Of a stretch of DNA of 64,000 nucleotides, positions 19,050 through 28,079 are shown one piece after another. The position numbers and the translations under genes were made by a program. Under the pieces are notes generated by a model, which had not been told where the DNA came from, made no database searches, and saw nothing but the letters and a program-made list of their open reading frames with translations. This DNA is from an uncultured candidatus Porisulfidus sp. GTDB lineage: Bacteria > Pseudomonadota > Gammaproteobacteria > Poriferisulfidales > Poriferisulfidaceae. The DNA lies in the NCBI GenBank assembly GCA_965242985.1, contig OZ251520.1, positions 1,683,227-1,747,226 of the forward strand, given 5' to 3'. Position 1 is the first letter of the stretch, and the number at the start of each line of letters is the position of its first letter.

Positions 19050-20237
19050 TCATCCTCGCAGATTGGAGAGCAAGTTCGCGCTGATGGTAAACGTCGAATG
19101 TATTTCCCGCTTATTGTCAGCGTAAACCCCCATCTGCTTTTTCCAGTATAGCACTGCCAGACTGGCATTCAGCGCGTTCAGCTCCACTGTTTGAATATTG
19201 GCGTCATACTCGCCGCGCTCAGCTTCGCCCTCAGTCTGCACTCGCTGCCAAGCCATCGCACGGCTCCCTTCTCTGCTTCCAGTAACTCGCAGGATGCCGC
19301 TCAGTTTCCCGTCGACCTTGTCCAGTCCCATGCCGACATCCACGAACGGAATTCCCTTCCCCTCCAAGTACAGGAAAAGATCTTTCTTCACTCTTGGAAC
19401 GTCAACTGCAATAAACACGAAATCCAGAGCGCCTAATTCCGCCAGTGCGGCGCGGTCCGCTTTTTTGCCGTGGCCGAAAACACCGGCCCGATACGCACCG
19501 TAGCGACGCGCATACATTTTCGCTTTATTCTCCCGCCGCCTCAAGTCATTCAAGCTCCATGCACCCGGCGCACGGAAAACATTGTGTTGGAGAAACTCGT
19601 CGTGATCAAACAGATGAATCTCTTTCACCCGCGTCTTGCTAATAAAATCCAAAATGTACGAACCGCTGCCGCCGAGGCCGACGATCGCAATCCGTTGCCC
19701 GCGAACTCGGTTGCTGACCTCCGTAATGCCTGCGCGTCCCGATGCGGTTTCCGTATAGAGAAACGGATCATCCGGGTCATTCGTATCCGGCCGCAAAACG
19801 ATGCGCTTGTCTCTCCATCGGCAGTCTGGATCCAGAATTCTCACCTCACGACTGATAATTTCTGCATAGCGGCTCATCTTCTCGAAGTAATCCTGATATT
19901 TCCCGGTTTCACGCGGTTTGGCAGAAAACCGGTGCTGCGCTTTCAGCCCTGGCTCCAGTTCGACTTCTTCGGACTGATTCCGGATCGCATCGATCGGTTC
20001 GCCATTCGCCCGACACGGGTAATCTCCCTGAAAATATGCCGTATGGTCGCTCGGGCTGACCGTCCGCTCGCCCGATAAATCAAGAACCGACATCAGCTTG
20101 CCCGTCTTCACCATGCGTTCGCCATCAACGTACGGAACGCCATGCAACACCAGATGGCTGCCCAGGACTTCGATATCAAATCCTGCGTCAGCCAACTTCT
20201 GCAGATCTTCGCTACGACTGATCAGTTCGCTGGACAT
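19050..20237 (-). CDS. ThiF/E1-like activating enzyme (IAIVGLGGSGS Rossmann) with ~180-aa N-terminal extension, possibly an E2-like (6E) domain
   Basis: Canonical E1 nucleotide-binding motif; overlaps upstream multiubiquitin gene by 26 nt. Confidence 0.65.
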   Translation of the reverse strand: MSSELISRSEDLQKLADAGFDIEVLGSHLVLHGVPYVDGERMVKTGKLMSVLDLSGERTVSPSDHTAYFQGDYPCRANGEPIDAIRNQSEEVELEPGLKAQHRFSAKPRETGKYQDYFEKMSRYAEIISREVRILDPDCRWRDKRIVLRPDTNDPDDPFLYTETASGRAGITEVSNRVRGQRIAIVGLGGSGSYILDFISKTRVKEIHLFDHDEFLQHNVFRAPGAWSLNDLRRRENKAKMYARRYGAYRAGVFGHGKKADRAALAELGALDFVFIAVDVPRVKKDLFLYLEGKGIPFVDVGMGLDKVDGKLSGILRVTGSREGSRAMAWQRVQTEGEAERGEYDANIQTVELNALNASLAVLYWKKQMGVYADNKREIHSTFTISANLLSNLRG

Positions 20238-20478
20238 GGAGGATTACCCGCTCAGTAACTTTCAGGCACTCTCCGGGGCCGAGCTCGCCCTCGGGCCTGC
20301 CGCGGGCCTGCGACGCCTCGAAAGTCACCGTGAAGATGATCTGTTCCCCTCTCTCCGAATCATCGTACGCCAACGCGACAATTTCCTCGAAACTGATCTC
20401 CTCATTCGGGCACGTCTTCTCCTGCCCGTTCACGATGATCACAGTGCCTTTTTCAGGGATTGCTTCGGCATCCGTCAT
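20212..20478 (-). CDS. Multiubiquitin-family (beta-grasp) ubiquitin-like protein, 88 aa
   Basis: GTVIIVNGQE...FEEIVALAY beta-grasp signature, shared with the Ubl at 30425..30916. Confidence 0.6.
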   Translation of the reverse strand: MTDAEAIPEKGTVIIVNGQEKTCPNEEISFEEIVALAYDDSERGEQIIFTVTFEASQARGRPEGELGPGECLKVTERVILHVQRTDQS

Positions 20479-20934
20479 AACTTGCTCCTGTCAGCAGCGG
20501 CAAACCCATTATACGCCCCCGCCCTCCTGCTCCCCGAAGCCGCCCGCCTCGTCTTGGCGGGTACCACCCAAGTGCCCAGAGGGGAATGGCACGCACTCAA
20601 CAACTATTGCAGGGTCGGGACCGTTGGGCCGGCAATGCTCTCGCCATCTGAGCCTCATGCGCCTGAGCCCCGGATTTGGCCAAGTGTTTTCCGAGAACGG
20701 CTCGCCACCCGAGACCGGATATTGTTGCGCCCTCCGGCACAGTCCGATTATGCCCTCGCTGTGAAGATTCCGGAGCCGGCGGGCATTGCCGTTCCCCTCA
20801 GCGCGCACCGCCCGGAAAAAACCCGCGCCAAGTCCGAGCTTAATGCGCCAAATCAAGGAGAAATCCCGAATTCCGAACCATGAACAAGCCCGCGTTTTTC
20901 GTTATAATCAGTTGATATTTCTGTTATTTCAGCA

Positions 20935-20995
20935 GAATTGACCCAATTGACCTTAATTGACCCTCAATAGACCCGCAATAGACCCGAACGGCCCC
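20935..20995. repeat. Tandem array of five ~9-11-bp direct repeats (AATTGACCC / CAATAGACCCG)
   Basis: aattgacccaattgaccttaattgaccctcaatagacccgcaatagacccg read directly; upstream of Ubl operon next to TATAAT. Confidence 0.45.
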
Positions 20996-21210
20996 GCTTG
21001 AGGTTCGCCGCGGCATCGAGCTGGATGGCGCCGACCAAGGCCGCAGGCTGGAGGCCATGAACTGTTCGCGGAACCGCCGCGCCGCAGATCAGGCAGGCAT
21101 AGGGGCCAGCGTGGCGCAGATCGATCCGCAACAGCCGCTCGAGCGGTCCGAACTCCGCCTTGCGGGTCGACCGCGGCGGGCGGATGTCCACGCCTGCTAG
21201 AGGCATGCCC

Positions 21211-22104
21211 CTAAGGTGAGAGGAGTCGGCGGCGCGGCTTTCCTCCGGAAGCGATGCCGGGCCCGAGTTCAGCGGCTTCCACGCCAAATCCGATCGCCCC
21301 CGCTAAACAAATTTCATGCCGCCAACTCCAGGCGCTGGCGCAATTTCCGGTTAAGAGGCTCAGGAGATTCCAGCGTTGAAACCATTCCCCCCCCCCCACA
21401 TCCGAAAGCCGCGCAAGATCCATCTTGGGGATTTCCGTCTGATCGTCAAACACTAGGAGAGATTCGAACTTGACTTGATGCCGATGAAAGTACGCCAGCA
21501 TGATCGTGGCCAGCCGCGCCTTATCCCGATTGGGGATCCCGTACAGAAACAGCGGAATGCCGTTTTTCCCCTCCAGCATGAAATCCACCAGATAGATTTC
21601 GGAATTCGGTGCCTCCGGCCGGTAATCCTGATGAATCCTACTTTCATCCACCAGTTCGAGCAGGGATTGCTTAAGATCTTCGTAGAATGCGGAACGGACA
21701 CGCACGCGGGAAAGCAGCGTCAGTTCGTAGACGCGCGTGAGCGCCTGCCCGAAAGAAAACAGGTTCTCCAACAGCCGCTCGGGAGCGGTCTCGAGACAGA
21801 ACGCCCCCTGCTCCCAAGTCAGGCCGGTTTCGCCCATGATGCGCTCCAGCTGCGCCCCTCTCGGCCCGTCCATGAAAGCATCGACATCATGCTCGTAACT
21901 GGCGTGCATGAGCGTGTGGCCTTGGTCGGAAAGCCGGAGCCCGCCGGAGGCGGTCTGGGTAAGGCGGACCGGAAAACGGTTTCCGTCGGGAAACGCGAAA
22001 TGGGTCCGCACCATGAGCGTGCCGTCCGGGCGCGCCTCGACTTTCACCTCCGCGCAGAGGCGCTCGCACAAGAGCTTTTCCAGCGCAGCCCGATTGAGCG
22101 CCAT
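21211..22104 (-). CDS. Hypothetical protein (DUF1828/DUF1829-like) whose 3' region contains a C11/G11 homopolymer; annotated C-terminus probably out of frame
   Basis: Plausible protein for ~230 aa then low-complexity tail after the GGGG codons. Confidence 0.3.
   Translation of the reverse strand: MALNRAALEKLLCERLCAEVKVEARPDGTLMVRTHFAFPDGNRFPVRLTQTASGGLRLSDQGHTLMHASYEHDVDAFMDGPRGAQLERIMGETGLTWEQGAFCLETAPERLLENLFSFGQALTRVYELTLLSRVRVRSAFYEDLKQSLLELVDESRIHQDYRPEAPNSEIYLVDFMLEGKNGIPLFLYGIPNRDKARLATIMLAYFHRHQVKFESLLVFDDQTEIPKMDLARLSDVGGGEWFQRWNLLSLLTGNCASAWSWRHEICLAGAIGFGVEAAELGPGIASGGKPRRRLLSP
21387..21397. repeat. 11-nt poly-C (poly-G on coding strand) tract inside ORF 21211..22104
   Basis: Read directly in sequence. 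Confidence 0.9.
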
Positions 22105-22288
22105 CAGAGCAACTCCGGCCGATCATGCTTCGCGGCTATCCCGGCCACATTGCAGTCCTCTAGGAGGCAAGCCAAGGCGCCTTCCAGCGTCCTGTACCTG
22201 TCGGTCTCCCGCGCCTCGGCTTCCGGCTTCCGGCCGGCGGCGATGGCCCCCTCGGAAGCCCGGTCTATTATCCGTTCGACACCGGCAG

Positions 22289-23632
22289 TTACCCGGCCTG
22301 TCGCCGAATGCTCTCCGCCCCCGGCTTATGGCGCTCCATTGAAGCCTCCTGCATGGGCCGCCGCATCGTGGCCGGATCTACTCCCGCTTTCATTGCCGCC
22401 AAAATCCCTGCGGCCTCCCAGTAGTTCTCCGCTTCGCGGTATTGGCCGTCCCGCCAAGGCAAGCACGTCAGATCGTTGCGCATGAGACTCTCGTTTTCCC
22501 GCACCGCGATGACCGGAATGCCCTGCCGCAGCGCCCCGATGGTGGCCAGGCCCAAGCAACCGGCCGGAATAACCAGGCAGGAGACATCTTCGGCGGCAAG
22601 CGCGTGGGGCAGGCGCATCTCGCTTTCTTCCGTGACGATGGCCGGGCTGGTGTGCAGGCCCTTGAGGACGCTGTTGAGAAACGCCATGGACACCGCCTCC
22701 GCCCCCATCCGGGGGTCGACCACGCCCACGTCGTACTCGAGCGCCTCCCGGCTTTCCAGCATGGGCGCGTGCGCCGACGGCTTGCCGTACAGCAGCGACA
22801 CCGCATGCGTCAGCATCGCCTCCACGCCGCCCCAGGGATTGCTGAGGTCGCCGGCGGCGTCGAAGTACGCCCGGAAGTCCTCCATCGGCAGGTCGACGGC
22901 GGAAGCGATGGCGACGGCATCGTAGCCGTCTCCGGCCTGGTCGAGCACGGCGCACAGGGCGTCCAGGTTCTCGATGCTCCCGACCGCGCGGCCGGACCCC
23001 GAACGTTCGGCGGCCATGCGGAACGGCTCCTCCATGACGACGATGCGGCAGTCGGCCCCCAGGGTGCTCCGCGCCGCATTGACCGCGTTGATGGTGCCGT
23101 TGGTGACGAATTCCTCTTCATGCGCGCCGACGACGACGAGAATCCGGTTGGCGCGGACCCGGCGCAGCCCCGCCGTGCCCAGCAGCAGGCGGTCCAGGAC
23201 GCTGCCCTCGACGTACAGGGTGTTGGGCGTCATCTCATTGATGTCGGAAGCGTTGACCACGTTCGGATGCGTGATCAGGCAGTCGCACAAGCCGGCCAAG
23301 GCGCGGGCCACGGGCGTCGCGTCGCCGGCATGGCCGCCGACGCTCGCGCCGATCCCGGTGGGCACGACCAAGACGACGTTGAACTGCTCCGCGTTCTCGC
23401 CCGACCGCGGCCGGAAATCCAGCAGTCCGCGGGCGGGCGAGATGACCGGCAGAGGATTTCTGAGCACCCCGACTTCCAGTTCGCTGGCGCGGGGGGTGGA
23501 AGCGGTGACCGAGATCCGGATGGGGGTCTCGCTGTGGTCCAGGTGTTCGCGCAACGCCGCGCGGACGGCATCCAGATAGTCCGGATGCCGCGGCGACGCC
23601 GGGACGGTCAGTTCTCTTTCTCGTATGTGCAC
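22289..23632 (-). CDS. Hypothetical protein, possibly DUF3326-like, upstream of nspC
   Basis: 447-aa intact ORF in high-GC DNA; co-oriented with the decarboxylase gene. Confidence 0.35.
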   Translation of the reverse strand: MHIRERELTVPASPRHPDYLDAVRAALREHLDHSETPIRISVTASTPRASELEVGVLRNPLPVISPARGLLDFRPRSGENAEQFNVVLVVPTGIGASVGGHAGDATPVARALAGLCDCLITHPNVVNASDINEMTPNTLYVEGSVLDRLLLGTAGLRRVRANRILVVVGAHEEEFVTNGTINAVNAARSTLGADCRIVVMEEPFRMAAERSGSGRAVGSIENLDALCAVLDQAGDGYDAVAIASAVDLPMEDFRAYFDAAGDLSNPWGGVEAMLTHAVSLLYGKPSAHAPMLESREALEYDVGVVDPRMGAEAVSMAFLNSVLKGLHTSPAIVTEESEMRLPHALAAEDVSCLVIPAGCLGLATIGALRQGIPVIAVRENESLMRNDLTCLPWRDGQYREAENYWEAAGILAAMKAGVDPATMRRPMQEASMERHKPGAESIRRQAG

Positions 23633-23656
23633 GGCCTTTTCCCTATATTGTTATTG

Positions 23657-25012
23657 TCAGGCGGTCCCCCTTGGAAGAGACACCGAGGGGGCGGCACGGG
23701 CGGTAATCATAACCGAATCCCCGCCGGAGCGGCGCGGCGGGGCGGCACCGCCCGGCGGGCGGATTTCTCCCGAAGCTGGCGGGGCTTCGGCCCGCGGATC
23801 TTCAATAGCACCGCTGTAGCGGGCGAAATCCCCGTATTCGGGGATTTTTTTCGGGGCCAGGCTGAAAGCGCCAGAGTCGTCCCGGGCGCAGGCGTAGACA
23901 GCCGGCAGGTTGAGGCCGTTGAAATAGTGCGCCCGCACGAACGAATAGGCGCCGGCGTCCGCGAACACGACGCGCGCGCCGGCCGCCAGGGGCCGGTCGA
24001 AGCGGTAGGTCCCGAACAGGTCGCCGGCGAGGCACGTCGCGCCCGCAAGGATGTATTCGTGCCGGCCGGCCGGAGCCGCGCCGAGAACGGAAGGCGTGAA
24101 ATCCTCGTACTCGAACACGTCCTGCCAGTGGCTGGTGGCGGTGTCCAGCACGGCGACCTGCTTGTCGCCGCTCGCGAACACGTCCACGACCGTGCTGGCC
24201 AGATAGCAGGCGTCGGACAGGAACGCGCTGCCGGGCTCCATGAAGACCTCCAGCCGGAACCGGTCCCGGAAGAGCGCCACGGCGGCTTCGAAATCCGCCG
24301 GCTCGTCCTCCGGCAGGAACAGATAGCCGCCGCCGATGTTGATCCACCGCGCGCGGGCCAGCCGGCCCGGGATGCGCGCCGCCAGGAGTTCGGCGGTTTC
24401 CCGCAGGCCGGAGAACTCCCTGGCCTCGCAGTTGGTGTGGAAGTGCACGCCGGAAAGAGCCTCGTCCCAAGCGGGCGGCGCATCGTCGTGCGCTTCCAGC
24501 ACGCTGAGGGGGATCCCCAGCTTCGAGTTTTTCCGGCACGGGTCGTAGCGCTCATCTCCGGCCAGCGACAGCTCGGGGTTGACCCTCAGCCCGCAATGCA
24601 GATTTTCCCCGGCGCGGGCGGCGAATTGCTCCCGCTGGCTCAGGGAATTGAAAGAGATATAGTCGCAAGCGCCCTTGATCACGTCGAATTCTTCCGGCCG
24701 GATGCCCGGGCTGGTGAAGTGGATGCTGTGCCTCGCGGTGGCGACTTGCTGGATCAACTGCGCCTCGAACGCCGAACTGGCGGCGAAGCCGTCGATGGCC
24801 GGCGCGAGCGTCTCCAGCACGCCCGCGAAGGAGTTCGCTTTCATGGGATACAGGAGTTTCGCCCCCGCATCCGCCGCCAGGCGCGACAAATATCCGGCGC
24901 GACTCCGCAGCGCGTCCGTGTCGTAGATGAGCGCGGGCGTGGAGAGGTCCGCTTCAAGGAGTGTTTCCTCAAGCGATTCGACGGCAGGTTGCGTGTCGAC
25001 TTGCATGATCAT
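23657..25012 (-). CDS. nspC: Carboxynorspermidine/carboxyspermidine decarboxylase (PLP fold-III decarboxylase)
   Basis: LLYPMKAN, GGGYLF PLP/fold-III motifs; C-terminal extension longer than typical. Confidence 0.65.
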   Translation of the reverse strand: MIMQVDTQPAVESLEETLLEADLSTPALIYDTDALRSRAGYLSRLAADAGAKLLYPMKANSFAGVLETLAPAIDGFAASSAFEAQLIQQVATARHSIHFTSPGIRPEEFDVIKGACDYISFNSLSQREQFAARAGENLHCGLRVNPELSLAGDERYDPCRKNSKLGIPLSVLEAHDDAPPAWDEALSGVHFHTNCEAREFSGLRETAELLAARIPGRLARARWINIGGGYLFLPEDEPADFEAAVALFRDRFRLEVFMEPGSAFLSDACYLASTVVDVFASGDKQVAVLDTATSHWQDVFEYEDFTPSVLGAAPAGRHEYILAGATCLAGDLFGTYRFDRPLAAGARVVFADAGAYSFVRAHYFNGLNLPAVYACARDDSGAFSLAPKKIPEYGDFARYSGAIEDPRAEAPPASGEIRPPGGAAPPRRSGGDSVMITARAAPSVSLPRGTA

Positions 25013-26313
25013 GTTCTGGAGATGGCGTGGACGCGGTCCATGGTTCGTTCAAACGCATATCCGGAAAGGAATGCCAAAAGAACGAATCGGTGGTGTGATC
25101 CCTTGGGGGTCAGATCACAATTCTGAAAGAGATAGCAGCTGGCGAAACTCGACTCCACCAACATATAGGTTAGGAAACCCGCCACTAGCCCTAAGCCGGC
25201 GGCTCGCCACGTGCGTTGGACTTCGCGCGAACCTTGTTGATTTCCAACTTCCAGCTTATCAGCCTGTCCCAGCGCACGCAGAACCGAGACTAGCGCTCCC
25301 GCCACACCGAGAATCGCCCAGTGCAGCGCGAAAAAAGGCCACTCACCGGCATAACTCGGCACTGTGCCCGCAGCCAGCAATAGAGGAATGGCCACGAAAC
25401 ACGCATATCTCAGCATGTTAACCATGGCCGAGCCTTCCACCCACAACTTTTCGTTTTCGGTTACCGTGGGGAGCAGCCTTTCCGTAACAACCGCGCGCAA
25501 TTCACGGAGAACGCTCGTGCAATGCCGCTTTACTGCCTGATGCCTTCCTTCACGCGGTTCGACTTGTTCGCGCTCAGGTGAATCACTGCCCGCGCCAAGT
25601 TGTTCCTTAAGAGATTCGATTTGATGCCGGATGTCCCAGTAGTCCTCCTTGGTTTGGGTATGCGCTTCTTCATCCGCATAGTCTTCAAGTTCACCTAGGT
25701 GCACGTCCGCTAGATACTTAACCCTTTCTTCCGACGCGCAATTGGCAAGCAGTATCTTCAAATACAGAAGGTCGTACTCCACCACGCTCTCGTTCTCCTG
25801 CAGCTTGTTCTCCAATTTTTTTACTGCAGCGCACAATCCGGCCGTCAGAACCTTATTCCGACGCCGTTTGCACTCACTAGTCGACTCGGCGCTCTCCATT
25901 TCCGCCAAGGCCTGTTTCCCGCTCTCCAACAACAACCTGACATAATGCCGATCCTGAATGCGGGGCAGAAATTTCGCTTTCTCGAAAGTGCCCCAGAAGT
26001 GCATAAGCACCGTCAGCAAGAAAACAGCATAAATGAAGTACAAGTATTTGGCCGGCGAGAGACCGCTATCATTCACCCACGAGCAAAACGCGCTCCAGCG
26101 CAAGGCATCGAAGAGGAACACGAGACATACGCACACCAATGTTACGATGATAGACAGCGAAAGAGCGTACAACACCCAGCGCAATCCCGTATGGATGCTC
26201 CGCTGAACCCACCCAGCGTCAGACTGCTCCCACGGTTGCCGGCAGTACGCGCACACCCGACGGCTCCATTTGCCCCGCTGCTTGGCATTTCCCTCAGTTT
26301 CCGCCATCTCCAT
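25009..26313 (-). CDS. Membrane protein with N-terminal and C-terminal TM segments flanking a long coiled-coil; lower GC
   Basis: Hydrophobic helices and heptad-rich central region; stop overlaps nspC start. Confidence 0.4.
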   Translation of the reverse strand: MEMAETEGNAKQRGKWSRRVCAYCRQPWEQSDAGWVQRSIHTGLRWVLYALSLSIIVTLVCVCLVFLFDALRWSAFCSWVNDSGLSPAKYLYFIYAVFLLTVLMHFWGTFEKAKFLPRIQDRHYVRLLLESGKQALAEMESAESTSECKRRRNKVLTAGLCAAVKKLENKLQENESVVEYDLLYLKILLANCASEERVKYLADVHLGELEDYADEEAHTQTKEDYWDIRHQIESLKEQLGAGSDSPEREQVEPREGRHQAVKRHCTSVLRELRAVVTERLLPTVTENEKLWVEGSAMVNMLRYACFVAIPLLLAAGTVPSYAGEWPFFALHWAILGVAGALVSVLRALGQADKLEVGNQQGSREVQRTWRAAGLGLVAGFLTYMLVESSFASCYLFQNCDLTPKGSHHRFVLLAFLSGYAFERTMDRVHAISRT

Positions 26314-26590
26314 GCCTCAACCACCCTGATTGCGGGAAGCAAGATTATACATTCCCCCCATGCGCCAGCAATACCGCTTGTCGCATCCACTCCGGCCATC
26401 CCGACCCATGCCGTATAGATATGGCGAGCAACTATCGGGGGCCGCCGGGTTTTACGTGGGAAGGCGGGTTCGGGATTGATGATCCAGCCCACCTCCAGTG
26501 ATGCCCTCAGGATTGAAACCGGGGCTGAGTTTAGCCGATTCCGTGCATACTCAGCAGCCCAGCATTCTTCCCACCCCTGTTATGTAATGA

Positions 26591-26848
26591 CTACGATCTT
26601 CTACTGCTCCACCACACTACGCCCGCCACCAGAGCGATAAAACCCCAGAACAATCCTGACGCTATGATGGGAAAAGAAACGATGAAGCACATAATCAACC
26701 CAAAAATAACCCATATGCCTATAAACCCGGAAAACACCTCAAACCACTCCGACAGGGAACGGCCACCATGCCTGTAAGTTAGCACGCCAGACACTACCAC
26801 CCAACCCACAACGAAATAGGCAACTGCTTCAGTATCAAGTTCACACAC
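26591..26848 (-). CDS. Small (85-aa) integral membrane protein
   Basis: Two to three hydrophobic spans; low confidence that it is a real gene. Confidence 0.3.
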   Translation of the reverse strand: MCELDTEAVAYFVVGWVVVSGVLTYRHGGRSLSEWFEVFSGFIGIWVIFGLIMCFIVSFPIIASGLFWGFIALVAGVVWWSSRRS

Positions 26849-27468
26849 GGGTCACTGCCCAGTCGGCGTAGTTGGCAATTATATCCCCACATGATCGCGT
26901 CCAGTTAAGAATAAATCAGACTCACATGACCTCAATAGTCGACTCACTCAGGCTATTGCCAGCGTAGAGTATACGCACGCAATTTGGCGCGGTACTAGCC
27001 CATGACGTGATACTTATCCAGTCTCTTGGCTTGCAACCTCTTTTGTCAAAATCTCAATAGAGCATGCAGTAAAAGCGAAAGCGCTCTCACTACAGACGCA
27101 GGGGTCGAATACCAAGCTCGGCGCGGGCCGGCCCAGCATTTCTTGGGTGAGCGGGTTCGGCACGGACATCCGGGGCTTCTTGCTTTCGGTGGTTATCGGC
27201 TCTACGCTATACTCGACTTGCGTGGCGCGGCGGCGGCAACCTGATCCTCCCTCACCCCCACGTTGCCGGGCGGCCGAGTTCGGAAAACTGCGGTGCTTAA
27301 CGCACGACAGAGAAATGCCTGTACACTATCGCCATCGGCCAGATGTCCGCCAAGCGCACAGGGTCGATTGACCGGCGGGGATCTGAAGCAATCCCGCGCT
27401 TCCCGCTCAACGCTCAAACCCGCCGAACGCATCGTCCCGCAACCGCCCGCTAGCCGGAAAACGCCAAC

Positions 27469-28065
27469 ATGACCGAGAAGCCGCCATCTGAGCTGTTCCG
27501 CGCCATCAGCGCGGACAGCGCGAAAGAGCTTAGGAAAATCTTCACAAATCACAATGGTGGCCGGCTGTGGTTTCATGCGCCGGGGCATTACCAAGACATC
27601 GAGGATCCGCGGAGGCGAGACGAATCTGAGGGCTGCGGCTCCTACCGCCTGAATGGCGTGACGGTTGAAGATGTCAGCGTATCACCGGCATACATTCTCT
27701 GCTTCAGCGCCGACGAAGCCGCGGCGAGTGCCTGCTTTGCGGAACCCAGAACCCCCAAGATGATCATCCGGCTTGCTAATCCGGAAGAATTGCGAATACT
27801 CATTCTGAAAGAAGTTCTACCGGATTGCAACGTGATCAACGTTGAGTGGCGCGAAGTAATCTACGACAAAACCGAGGATGTTCCCGAAGACTTGAATCCG
27901 GCAGACGACTGGGCGCGGAAATTTTGGCACAAGCCGAAAAAATTCGCCGCGCAAAAGGAATGGCGACTCATCATCTTTTTCCAGCACAGCATGCCCATCA
28001 CCAACGACAGGTTAGAACTGAACTTAGGCTATTGCGGCGACCTATTTCGCCTGCACGCAACCTAA
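27469..28065 (+). CDS. Hypothetical protein (198 aa), convergent with E1 gene
   Basis: Intact ORF in low-GC islet; no recognisable motif. Confidence 0.3.
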   Translation: MTEKPPSELFRAISADSAKELRKIFTNHNGGRLWFHAPGHYQDIEDPRRRDESEGCGSYRLNGVTVEDVSVSPAYILCFSADEAAASACFAEPRTPKMIIRLANPEELRILILKEVLPDCNVINVEWREVIYDKTEDVPEDLNPADDWARKFWHKPKKFAAQKEWRLIIFFQHSMPITNDRLELNLGYCGDLFRLHAT

Positions 28066-28079
28066 GCGGTCCCTGATGC

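Noticed and set aside
20098-20883. 261-aa plus-strand ORF spanning the Ubl operon upstream region
   Set aside because: It overlaps the minus-strand Ubl gene and promoter region that is duplicated elsewhere. Low-complexity translation.
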